NCBI GenBank assembly: GCA_001929475.1
Contig: LXFE01000211.1
Span: 1 to 64,000 of the forward strand
Direction of reading: 5' to 3'
DNA: 64,000 nt
DNA from: Neolecta irregularis DAH-3
Lineage: Eukaryota
Shown: positions 16,582 to 28,621 of the stretch, piece after piece
Layout of the letters: every line of letters begins with the position of its first letter
Numbering within the stretch: the first letter of the stretch is position 1
The notes under the pieces: model-generated
Databases searched by the model: none
Seen by the model: the letters and a program-made list of their open reading frames with translations, nothing else
What the model was told of the DNA's origin: nothing
Translations under genes and position numbers: made by a program

Positions 16582-17285
16582 AGTTTTGATTTGACTCATG
16601 TTACCGATCCTATCGTAGTTCCAGTCCAGTATCTATATGCACTGCTGATCCTCTAATCTGCTCAAAAACACCATGAGATGTTTATATAGAATGAAACCTA
16701 CGAACGGAATTATGAGAAATGGGAGGAGGCTCCAAGGGTGTGAATTTGTACATCTCTGCTGTATCGGTACGACTAATACGCTAGTGTAGTCAAATCGCAC
16801 AAAAATCCCTTGGCCTTACATCTCAGGCAAATTATGAAACAAAGACAAGCAAAACTATTGATTTACGCAGAAAGGTTCATTATTTCATCTTCAATCACAT
16901 GTTAGTAACAAGGAAAAAGGCTGTAGACATTCTGTTAAATCGTATGAAGCGTCCTATTTATGAATCGAAAAGAACTGTAAGCACCAAAATTTAGTGGTTC
17001 CCCGAACGTTACGAGTTGTTTCCCTTCTATTTGCATACTTTTTATAGGTTGACACCATTTTAGGGCAGCATTTTCGAATAACCAATTACAGGTGATTGTT
17101 CTAAATCCTGAAAAGCGCCGTGTTCAATGGGATCATTATAATACTGCCTGTGTTGTTTCATAGTTATCGCGGTAACCCGGGTTGTTCAACAAGTATATTG
17201 AGGTGAGGCTTATAAAACTACGTCATGTGAAAGTAGGGCTTATAGAGCAGGTGGGACCTTGTGTGACTTCGAATTTCTCCTAACC

Positions 17286-18401
17286 ATGTTACACTCTCAG
17301 TCAGCTGGTGAGCGCCCACGAAGAAGCTCAGCCTCTACTCGAATTTGTACCATAATTGCGGGTGCCTTGGCAGGCTTGCTGCTCTTAAGTTTATTTGGGA
17401 CTAGCTTGGTCTCTCAGACTTACATGGAACACGTACGATGTGTGCTGAGTACTGTTTTAAATGGGAAGGCAATGAATAAAGAATACATTCCAGGAAATTC
17501 ATATGATGGGAACCAGTTATTCGTCGTCAAAGGCGGTCGAATCGCAGTCAAAGGCCAGTACGACATCACCAATAGACGAGGGATCCAAATCGAACACCGG
17601 GGAAATGTCAATGTCATTGAAGCAGATGTCGATAATGTAGAAGTTGAGTTCTCCATTTCGGTTAGCGAAGAGGATCTCAAGAAGCAGATTCACATCTCGG
17701 CAGAAAACGACAACGAATTGATTACCATAACCTTACCGGCATGAATCGAAAGCCTGCGCTCTGTACTGATGATATAGCAAGTCTGGAAAAAACATTGTAG
17801 CATCACGACTATAACTAGTATTCGCATTCCGAAAGGGAAGATTCTTGATGCGGTCGATATTGATTTACCTATCTTTGACATACTTTTCGACGATGTCAAC
17901 GCTGAAATCAAAGAGTTGGGAATCAGAGCTGCCGAAGGAGACGTGGCTTTTGATTCCAAAAACCTTGAGACTGACCATATCGGAATTGACGTGAATGTCG
18001 GTACTATCCGGGGTAATTATAAGACTTCGCGGCTTTCAGCATCCACGAGGGTTGGAGACATTGATCTGAATCTTGAAGTTTTCGGCAAGGATGCAGAGAT
18101 CAAGACCAGTGTTGCCACTGGAAGTTCTCATCTTCACGTCTCAAAATCTCATGACACGAGGAATATCAAGTCGAAGCATGTCGCCTACAATGGGTCTATC
18201 ACCTTATATTACCCTAAAACCTGGGAAGGCAAAGTTCGTGCACAAACAAATGTCGGACGAGTCAGTTTCAGTGATCAGATTCAAGTCACTAAACAAAAGA
18301 GCGATGTGGTAAAGGATGATAAAGAAGGTCTGAAGGGCAATGGACAAAGCTTATTGCATGTCCAAACAGACGTAGGCGAAATTGTAGTTGACCTGGAGTG
18401 A
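17286..18401 (+). CDS. Type II membrane protein with DUF4097/adhesin-like beta-repeat ectodomain, 2 exons
   Basis: N-terminal TM helix (ICTIIAGALAGLLLLSLFG), then repeated beta-strand units ending in G-x-I/V (TRVGDI, TNVGRV, TDVGEI); GC-AG intron 17739-17777. Confidence 0.7.
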
Positions 18402-18562
18402 TTGTTATTATATATCAATGTACTGTAACCCAAAGTTCTAAATGGGAGTTATTGGTTGATCTTAGTCTGGAAATCGCTATTAACCAAAGCGGCTCTGCTA
18501 TCACGATCGTTTGTACGCCACGCCGATCGTGTGACTCACATCCACCGTAAACTCACTTCGAC

Positions 18563-20783
18563 ATGATCAATCGGATAACTACCCGCTCTTCTCTCCGGAG
18601 TAACTACCTCCTCAGGCGGGATATATCCGCACATTCGCCCAAGGCTGGAACTTTTTTGTATGTTTGAGGGAACATTACCTGTTGTTTATACATAGACCTC
18701 GGCCGAATCCGGCACCATCCTTCAATCCCAGACCGCTCACTGAGGAGCCAAAGGTGCCTCTATATCCGCTCAGAAAATTCCAGCAGCTTGAATTTGATGA
18801 TTCGTATGATTCAAGTGTGAATTACGTCTTATGCTAAGCTTCGTCGGATTATCAGGTGGCCAAATCTTCCACGAAATGATGCTTCGGCAAGGAGTCAAGC
18901 ATATCTGTATGTTGTCTGATGTCCCAATGCCTCCCTGAAGAGATAGTTGGCTATCCAGGTGGCGCTATTCTGCCCGTGTTCGATGCGATTTATAACTCGA
19001 AACATTTTGATTTTATTTTACCCCGCCATGAACAGGGCGCCGGCCATATGGCTGAAGGCTATGCTAGAGCTTCCGGAAAACCTGGTGTTGTACTTGTAAC
19101 TTCTGGACCGGGTGCTACCAATGTCGTTACTCCAATGCAAGACGCTCTCAGTGACGGGACCCCTATTGTCGTATTCTGTGGTCAAGTACCCACTAGCGCA
19201 ATCGGTACAGATGCCTTTCAAGAAGCTGATGTCATCGGCATCTCAAGAGCTTGTACCAAATGGAACGTCATGGTGAAAGATATCGCAGAGCTTCCTCGAC
19301 GAATCAATGAGGCTTTCGAGATTGCTACGTCTGGAAGACCTGGTCCAGTTTTGGTGGATCTACCAAAAGATATCACTGCTGGGATTCTTAGACACCCAAT
19401 TCCGACTCGTTCAGCTATCCCATCTTATCCAGGATCGATAGCTGCTCGAGTGCAACAAGCCTATCTTGCTATTCACTTGAGGAAAGTCGCAAAGCTAATT
19501 GAAATTTCCAAAAAACCGGTTATTTATGCTGGTCAGGGGATGCTCTCCCGTCCTGAAGGTCCTAAATTACTACATCAACTGTCCGAGCAGGCGCAAATTC
19601 CGGTCACAACGACTCTACAAGGGTTGGGGGCGTTCGATGAACTTGACGAGAAAAGTTTACATATGCTTGGAATGCACGGCTCAGCATATGCTAATCTGGC
19701 CATGCAAGAAGCTGATTTGATCCTTGCTCTTGGCGCACGGTTTGATGACCGAGTAACAGGAAACTTGACAAGTATGTTCACCGTCAGAAAATCAAGATTT
19801 TGATGTGCAGAATTTGCACCCCAAGCTCGTGCTGCTGCTCTTGAGAATCGTGGTGGAATCGTGCATTTTGAGATCATGCCGAAAAACATCAATAAAGTGG
19901 TCGAAGCTACCGAAGCAATCGAAGGAGATGTTATTGAAAATCTCTCTTTTCTTCTTCCACTGGTTAAGCAAATACCCGAGAGAAAAGCTTGGTTCGATCA
20001 AATTAGAGCCTGGAAAAAAGAATTCCCATTTACTTACGATCCGGCAACCGATGTGCAAAGGATAAAGCCTCAAAGCGTCATCGAAGAGCTTTCCAGACAA
20101 ACAGAGAATATCAAAGAAAATGTTTTAATAACTACTGGAGTCGGACAACATCAGTACCTTGCATGGCTAGAAATGAGTTAATTTTATAGAATGTGGGCCG
20201 CTCAGCACTACCGATGGCGATATCCACGCACGATGATAACCAGTGGCGGGTTAGGAACCATGGGGTATGGCCTTCCGTCGGCTATTGGCGCAAAAGTCGC
20301 TCGCCCTGACGCCATTGTTGTGGACATTGATGGAGATGCAAGTTTTAGTATGACTGCTATGGAACTTGTACGTCTATTTCATTAATACTTACTGATCAGT
20401 CAGCAAACAGCCTCTCAGTTCAACATCAAAGTAAAAGTTCTTGTCTTGAATAATGAGTTTCAGGGCATGGTGCAACAGTGGCAAGATCTCTTTTATGAAC
20501 AAAGATACAGTCATACGCGACAAGTCAATCCTGATTTTATCAAATTAGCCGAAAGCATGGGTGTCAAAGGTATCCGTCTTGAAAGACCGGAAGACTTGGA
20601 AAGTAAGATGAAAGAGTTCCTCGAATATAATGATGGTCCAATCCTCATGGAAGCGGTCGTCCATCGCGGAGAGCATGTATATCCCATGGTTCCAGCGGGC
20701 AGAGCTCTTCATGAATTTGTTGTTCACGGCATGCCTATGACTTGAATGCTTTCTAACTGTAAGGAAGTCTAAAACAAAAGTGA
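18563..20783 (+). CDS. ILV2: Acetolactate synthase catalytic subunit, mitochondrial precursor, about 8 exons
   Basis: [70 protein letters not shown]. Confidence 0.97.
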
Positions 20784-21007
20784 TTGGGTCGCGTTGAACA
20801 TTGAGGGACTTAAATACCTTGAAAATACGGGATACTTTGGCACGAAAGGTGTGACTATTTTGCGACGAATGTATCTTGCAGGTGTTTATTTTGTGTAATA
20901 TTTTGATGGTTGAAAGAGCGATATATCCGAGGCCCCCCTTAACATGAACTGGAGAAGTCTTCCTAAACCTTTGCATTTAACAAACTCAATATTTTTCCTC
21001 TACTACG

Positions 21008-22823
21008 ATGGCTGAAGATACTGTCCCTTTCGTCTCTTCCCTTGCAGACATTTACAGCCATGACATCCTCAAAGCTCAAGAATATCGGTGGAATTCAGTG
21101 ATACAAAAGTTCGTGGAACTATACAGCAAAGAACCAGATTTCCTCGTTCGCTCCCCTGGTCGCGTGAACCTTATAGTATGATCAAGTTGTATACTTTGTT
21201 ACTGATAAGGAAAGGGGGAACATATAGATTACAGCGATTTTGGTGTGCTTCCTATGGCGATTAGTGCGATACGTTTCATGATTCGGAAGTTTACATTTAG
21301 TTCCCGACATTTTGATTGCATTCAAAGTTGAAAAATCAAGCGATCAGATCCAACTTCACAATACGAATCCGCGATTCAAACATTGCCAATGGGATGTCTT
21401 GTCCCATGACATCGACGCGGACAAGCTCGAATGGAGTAATTACATTAAAGCTGGTTTTGTTAAAGCAATGAATGGCGGATCCAGCGTAGGGATGAAGTGC
21501 CTAGTCGACGGATCTATTCCAACTGGTGCTGGATTGAGTTCTTCGGCTGCAGTTATTTGTTCTTCTGCACTCAGTTGTTTGATCGCCAATGGAGAACGTA
21601 AAATTGACAAAAGACGTTTGGTAGATATGGCTATTGTAGCAGAAAAACTTGTGGGAGTTAATACTGGCGGGTATACTGCGGCCGGGCTGACGAACGATGG
21701 AAGCTGACTTTCAGGATGGACCAAAGTGCCAGTGTATTTGGAGATATTGGTTCAGCATTGTACATCTCTTTCTTAATGACTCTTGATTGACCAGCAGATA
21801 TATTGAATTTTATCCAAGTTTAAAAGTCCAGACGGTCACATTTCCAGCTACGCAGCCCGAGAGTATCATTACCGGTGTCTTGTCCTTCTGAGATGTAGTG
21901 GTTTTCGTTATTGCCAACACTCTTGTCAATGCAGATAAACATGATACTGCCCCTACTAACTATAACCTTCGCGTCGTAGAAACGACTTTAGCCGCCCAGA
22001 TCCTTGGATGCTCCTTAAAGCTAGGAACTCTGCATTCTCGAAATGGATTTGGCGGTACCCTACGCGAGATTTTCGACCGATTCTTTTATAATAACGACGA
22101 ACCTCATATCGAAGAGATACGGAAGCTGGAAATCATGTGCGAGAAGGTGAAGGAAATATTCCCGCAGACTGACGGATACACCCACGAAGAGGCAGCACGT
22201 ATGCTTAGAGTCAGCAAGGAGGAACTGATAGAGAAATACATGACCAAGTTTCCTAGTGTGTTCATTTTAATCTACTTGAGATGATTACTAATTTGTGTAG
22301 TCCGAGCAGAAAGTTTCCAGCTCCGCAACAGGGCGCTTCATGTCTTTTCAGAAGCTCGTCGAGTCCTTCAGTTCAAAGCTTTGCTTTTAACTCGTCCGAA
22401 TGAAAACAAACACGAATTGGTTAAACAGCTTGGCAAAGTCATGAATGAGAGCCAGGACAGTTGCCGTAATCTCTACAATTGTTCTTGTCCTGAAATCGAC
22501 GAAATTATAAGTATCGCTAGAAAGAATGGAGCTGTTGGGTCGAGGCTGACAGGTATTACCCTTTGTGTAGATATTTTATTCACATTTCAGGCGCAGGATG
22601 GGGAGGTTGCACTGTATCGTTACTCCCTAAAAATCGCCTGGAAGAGTTCACAGCTTCTCTTGTTGAAGGATACTATAGGAAGAGGTTTCCAGGCCTTACA
22701 AATGAACAGCTGAAAGATGCTTTCGTTCCAACGCAACCAGGAAAAGGAAGTGCTGTTTTCCAAGTCTGCAAGTATGACTCTGGAAAGTCGTCGGGAACTG
22801 GGATTTTCTATAATATGCAATAA
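21008..22823 (+). CDS. GAL1: Galactokinase, 8 exons
   Basis: RSPGRVNLIGEHIDY, PTGAGLSSSAA, GGMDQ, YNLRVVE, RALHVFSEARRV, GSRLTGAGWGGCTV. Confidence 0.95.
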
Positions 22824-23088
22824 CAATCCGGTGTTGCCTCCTCTGAAATTTTGAAGATGGCGTGGTTCTTTGTGATTAAGCCACCATAATTTATCGACAT
22901 ACTTTCTAACGAGCTCCGATCGATACATGGGTCTATTTTTGATATAGGTCCTTCAGCTATCTGGATATATATTTAAGCGCTATGAAAGTGCGATTCACGC
23001 TTGATCATGTGAATGGCTTAGAATCATGAGAGAGGCAAGGTTTGCCAAAAACATTTCAACCATCTGCAAACCACCACACCGAACCTTT

Positions 23089-24177
23089 ATGTCATCAAAC
23101 ATGTCAGCCTCTGATGTCCGTCTTTACTTTGGACCAAACCTCCCACGAGATAGTAACTGGGACTATCTTGCCAGTGGGCTGATATCGTCTAGCCGAACGA
23201 ACCGATGTTGAGCGCCTTTTCAAGGGATACGGCGATGTTCGAGAAGTTAAGCTCATGTCTGGCTATGGTTTTGTCGAATTCTCTGATCCGCGAGATGCAA
23301 AGGATGCCGTAAATGGTTTGTCTCCTTGCACACATTCCTTCTGAAATCTTTTAGATTTCAGTATGGCTTTGGATAGCACCGACGCACTAATGTCTCTAGG
23401 AGATGGAAAGGAATTTCGAGGTGAGAGGTTAGTGTTTCACTTTCTTGCTCCCAGTTGACTTTTGCAGAATAAACGTTGAATTTGCTCGAGCTTCTCGACG
23501 ACGAGAATATGACGAGCGAGGCCCGCCTAGAGAACGCGAGAGTCGATTTCCCAGGCCCCGGCGAACTGGGAATCGTGTCCTTATAGAAGGGCTATCTCCA
23601 GAAACAAGCTGGCAGGCAAGTTTCAGGGTGGGTCTTTTATCTAACAAGCTAGGACTTGAAGGACTTCATGCGTGAGGCAGGCGAAGTTACCTTCTCTGAT
23701 GTCCCTCGTGATCGTGATGGGCGAGGGTAATTTAGATTTGCCTGTCTACAACTCTACTAACTTTCTTCAGTGTTGTTGAGTATGATACTGCTGATGATAT
23801 GAAGAAGGCTATTGAAACTCTCCACGGAAAGGAGTGCAAGGGCATTGTCATTAGTGTCAAGGAAGATCCGGTATGTGACATTCTATATCAAGGTCTCGTA
23901 TCTAACATAATTCTAGAATCCGCTGGATGACCCGCCGTTTAGCTCTAGAGTTCAACGAGAGGACCGATTTGGCGGCGGCCGAGGAGGTTATTCTCGAGAC
24001 CGCTCTCCTCGACGCGACTATGGCCGGCGAGACTATGACCGAGGAAGCTATCGACGAGAAGAGCATTCTTCTCGACGGGACGATTCGTATTCTGCTCGCC
24101 GAGATGAGTACCCTCCTTCCCGAAGAGACGATGGATACTCTGACGACAGAGGTCGACGAGAGGATTACCGAAGCTAA
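23089..24177 (+). CDS. srp2: SR-family pre-mRNA splicing factor (RRM + pseudo-RRM + RS/RD tail), 8 exons
   Basis: RRM1 with GYGFVEF; pseudo-RRM with SWQDLKD across a GC-AG intron; Arg/Asp/Ser-rich tail; includes a 6-nt micro-exon. Confidence 0.88.
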
Positions 24178-25366
24178 GCTTCAATTTTGGTCAAGTCTGG
24201 TGAATGCTCTTGAAACTACGAGCTCCCCTCTGACGATCCATAACAATATAGTTTCCTGTCTCCCTGTGTTACTTCCCATTTGTATCCTGCTGGCTTAATT
24301 CCTGAATCGATACTGTGCTATTTCTTCGGTCCGCGGTAGTGATGGCCTCACACGTACGACTTCAACGTGGCTCAACTTTATCCGTTAGATTCCTTGGAGC
24401 TATGTCCGAGATTTCGCCTTGTTTCCTTATTTTTTGACTTTTGTGAGATCAGACTGGCTGTCGCTACACTTTTGATCTTGCTCGATTAACGTGCGACTGC
24501 AGTTGCATCAGACGATTTCGCTTTCCGCGGTCCTTCAACGGGAAAAAGTCCCAGTGTAAACCTCCTCGCTCGATCTACTCCTTCCTCTGTTTTTTTCTGC
24601 TGTTGGTCGTTGTTGGTCTGACTATCCCCTCGTTGGTGATTGGCAATTTTCGATTGGTAGCACCTAGCGTCTCTCACAAGCCTGAATTCGAATCAAGACA
24701 CATCGCTGTAAATGATCTTGGAGAAACCCTTATCGGTAGCTGTGTGAACCTGGGTTTGAGATTTGTGACTTTGAAGGGAAGAGCTTCCATTTTGCTCAAT
24801 CAGTTCAACGAAACTGGTTACTTCAGTGATCCCGGTCAATTTAAATTCAGCGCCAATCCGCCAACGAACGCTATTAATGCGTTTGGGCTCTTCTCTAACG
24901 AAGGGTGTTCTTCTATCTAGATGCTTCTGACTGTCAAAGCATGGTAGTTTAACCGGACAGCGATTTGTAGAATCCAACTGGTATGCTTGCATTAATACAT
25001 CAACCAAGGCCATGCAAATGTGGTGGGATAGTACAAACAGGTTGAGCTGTGCTATCATAGTTCTGTGGACTTATTAGTGCGATTGTTCCTACTGAACAGC
25101 AATTTGGAGATCATGTGCGACTTTATAAGGTAATATTCAATATCTGGAATTCTTTGTATCCTTACAACCATAGAAATTATTTCCAACTAGGTCTCTGACT
25201 CCAATGAAATGGCCCTATACTCATACCCGGTCATTTCCTATCGTGGAGATCCTCGAATTTGATAACGCTCTGTTTGTCAGCCACAACCCCAATTTCCCTG
25301 TTGACGCCAACAAACATATCCGCCTGTTGACACCAACAAGCGCGTTCCCGCAGACACTATTGTCTG

Positions 25367-27069
25367 ATGACATCAGATCTTCAGGTAATATATAATACGG
25401 AAACGGGATCGGCTCCGCACTATCGTACATATCAGAAACGATGGATCGGGCTAGTCGTTATCTCATTGCTGAATGTGATTGCATCATGGGGGTATGCTTA
25501 TTTTCCCCGACCAAGACATTCTACTGATTGCAAGCTGGGTTACATATGCACCCATATCTTCGAAAGTTGTCGAATACTTTGATTTTTCATCGAGCACGCC
25601 GGTAAATTGGTTGTCGACTGTTGTATTGTTTTCATTCAGTGTTTCTACACCTGTTGCGATCTTGATTTTTGATAAATTCGGAGTAAAAATTGGGGCATTT
25701 GTCTCTGTCAAATGATGATAACCAATAGCTAATTGTTGGTGCAGCGTGTCTTTTATTCGGGAACTGGATAAGATATATTGGTGTGGAAACTTAGAATTTA
25801 ACATAGCACTAAGCTTTTAGGCATTAGACTCACAGAAGGGCAGTATGGACTTTCTCTTCTTGGACAGGCAACTCTCTTCCAATGGCACTTGATTAAAAAT
25901 GAAAGATCTTTATTGGATTTGGGCAAGCGTTCTGTCTCATTATCCCTCCGCACTATTCCGACATCTGGTTCGCTGCCGGTTTTCGTGTCATCAGTACCGG
26001 TGTTATGACTCTATCAAATATCATTGGCATCGCCATCGTAAGGATCCTTTAAGTAGCTAAAACTTTACCGATAGTGTCAACTTATCAACCCCGCCCTCAC
26101 CACAGAGGCTTCCAGAGTTCCTGACATGGTACCTCTGTAGCGCTGTCCTTTTTGCTGATCCCCACAGATTCTATATATTGCGATTATTTCCACACCAGTG
26201 TGCATCTCAGCGTTGGCTATCGCATCGAAACCGCCCACACCGCCTAGTCCGTCTGGAGAAACGGAGAAATTTCCATTATGCGAAGGACTTCTTAGTCTTC
26301 TCAAGAATCTGGACTTTCTCTGCATATTTATTAGCTTTGCTATTTTTGTCGGATTTTTTAATGCTTTCACTTCACTTATTGAACAGGTCTCGCTATTTGT
26401 GTAAAGTTGTCTAATGATCAGATCATGGCTCCATACGGATGGTCCGATAGTCAGGCAGGAATCGCTGGTGCAACTCTCACCGTCGTAGGCCTATTGAGGT
26501 TTCCAAGAATTTACCAAATCACTGACGTACAGCGCTATTCTTTTCTCATTTTTTCTTGACAAATCACAACGATATTTACAAAGTATACGAACAATAGTAC
26601 CAGTTGTTTCCCTCAGTTTTTTATCGTTTATTTTCGTCATTCACTTCAATTCTTCTTTTGCGGTTGTTGCTGTTATGTGTGGTGTATTAGGAGCCAGCGC
26701 ATTCTCCCTGTTGCCACTTGCTCTTGAAGTTAAATGCCTTTAAAGATTTCATTGCTCAAGTCATAGTTGGCTGTTGAATGTACCCACCCGGTATCGCCGC
26801 AACTCTCCACAGGTATTTTATGGATCAGTGGACAAGTAAGTCGTTAGTTTGCCACCGTTATTGATGTTCAGTTATTTGGAGCAATCTTTCTGGTCACCAT
26901 GAATGCATTGAGATATCCTTCAAATGAAGGCGATCCGAAGGGTAATTATCTAAGAGCTTTGATCTTCCAAGGTACGTTATCGATGGCTGCCGTTCCCCTT
27001 AGTTGGGTTATTGGCCGGTTTGGCCAGCGTGTGAACCGGAGATTGGTTATAGATAAAACCAATGCCTAG
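25367..27069 (+). CDS. MFS transporter, FLVCR/SLC49-like, about 11 exons (start may lie further upstream)
   Basis: YRTYQKRWIGL, VNWLS, GNWIRY, LGQIFIGFGQ, WF...R, KPPTPPSPS, LELAVECTHPV motifs and multiple TM segments. Confidence 0.85.
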
Positions 27070-27222
27070 TCAGGATTATACCGGAGTCTTTTGAACCACA
27101 ACTCCCATATGTACTTTTAGGCGTACCATTCGCCTATAGCCGCGTAATCGGTTGGCTTTTAAACATGTTTATACTGAATGATTATACTCGGTCCGCCGAC
27201 TTGACGGTAGAGAATTTTCAAA

Positions 27223-27462
27223 GCACTGCAGGGCTCCTTTGCCTAACGCATGCACACCCTCGCCCGCCTTTCCCGCGCCCTCACTCTCACGGCCGTGCCC
27301 ATCACGATCCACCTCGCCTGCTGCGACGCCCTCATCATCCCGGGCGGCGAGAGCACCGCGATCACCCTCCTCGCTCGCTACGCTCACCTCCTCCAGACCA
27401 TCCGCCACTCCGTCCGGAGAGGGCAGCACCGGGATACAGGGCCGGCGGGACAAGGTCTCTGA
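27223..27462 (+). pseudogene. SNO1: PDX2/SNO1 (PLP synthase glutaminase subunit) 5' fragment, disabled
   Basis: Reads ALQGSFA*RMH...CDALIIPGGESTAITLLAR: the ALQG and IIPGGEST motifs of Pdx2, with an in-frame TAA and no catalytic Cys/His-Glu region downstream. Confidence 0.75.
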
Positions 27463-27512
27463 GGCGCGGCTGTAGTAGGCGATGAGATGTTGAATGACCC
27501 TGCTCCTGCTGT

Positions 27513-27835
27513 AAGTGTTGGAGCTCGAGTACAATAAGATCAGGTTATATTTCCTTAATCTAAGCTTGTAGGCGTGTGAGCTTAGACTAAGATATGGGAG
27601 CATAGCCTTTGTATACATTTCGGTCTAATGTCCCTTATTTCTTTATCCGCCACCTATTGTATTGGTATGGGTATATCCAGGTAATATCCGGGTGTACCCT
27701 TCCTTACATCTGCTGCTTCCCCCACATATGTCATCTTGCTGTGCTGGCACGATCCCGCAGACAAGCATGTCCTTGCTGCCACCAGCCGCTACATCGCATG
27801 TGCCCCCACAAAGGGTACTGCCGCCCGCATCAACA
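27513..27835 (+). repeat. Diverged copy of the aquaglyceroporin upstream region and 5' end (copy 1)
   Basis: Aligns by eye to 33977-34100 + 34674-34820, including AAGTGTTG-AGCTCG, ATAAGAYCAGGTTATATTTCCT and the TAATCTAAG...CTTAGAYTA inverted repeat. Confidence 0.75.
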
Positions 27836-28621
27836 CCAAACGCGCGCCTGAATTTGAATTTGAGGAAAAGCCACAAATTTGGCGCCCCCCAAACGCACCC
27901 TTAATGAAGATGCTGTTTTCCATTATATACATTATTCCTGGAAATACCAGCCCAGTAGATCATGAAACGATATCTCGACTAAATCACCAAAGCAAATGAA
28001 ACTAGTGCGTTTAACTAAAGAAACGTTGGATGTTATTAATGTGTATGAGCATTTGTTCACTCTCGTGAAACCATAGTCTGTGAACTTAAAAATTAACCAA
28101 ATGACAAACATGGTTCCTTTTGGAAGAATGCCAACGTTGCAAGCTCATTAGCGAGATAATGGGATTTTGAGAATTTTGATGGACTATTAAGCTTCGTTTG
28201 CGAGGTCGCTAGATAACCCAGCCTGGAATTCAGGAGTATATATTGTGTAACTATGCATAAACATCGAGGTTTGAATTGACATAAAATTCATGATAATCAG
28301 ATGAAATTTACGAAATAGCATGCCCTTTCGAAATGCCCAAGTAGAAATGTCAAAGTGCAACTGGAAATTGGCAAACTGGGCGATGAAGTACCCTTCATAA
28401 TTCCACAGGACTGAGAAGAAATAATAACTCAACCGAGCAACGGTCTTGAACTCCCACAAATTCGTCGTTTTATCGGAATAGACAAAGCTCCGAGAAATCC
28501 TTCATAACTAGAAATTGTCGCGTTGTCTATGTGAATCTGGTTCAACAATTTAATTCTTTTCCTTTTGACACCGACTCACTCGGGCATTGTAACTAAATAC
28601 AGACAACGGCTGGGGTGAACA

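Noticed and set aside
21008-22823. GAL gene cluster
   Set aside because: No GAL7 or GAL10 nearby; an unclustered GAL1 is common in fungi.
24300-25360. Short ORFs between the SR and MFS genes
   Set aside because: Could not assemble a coherent gene or recognise a family.
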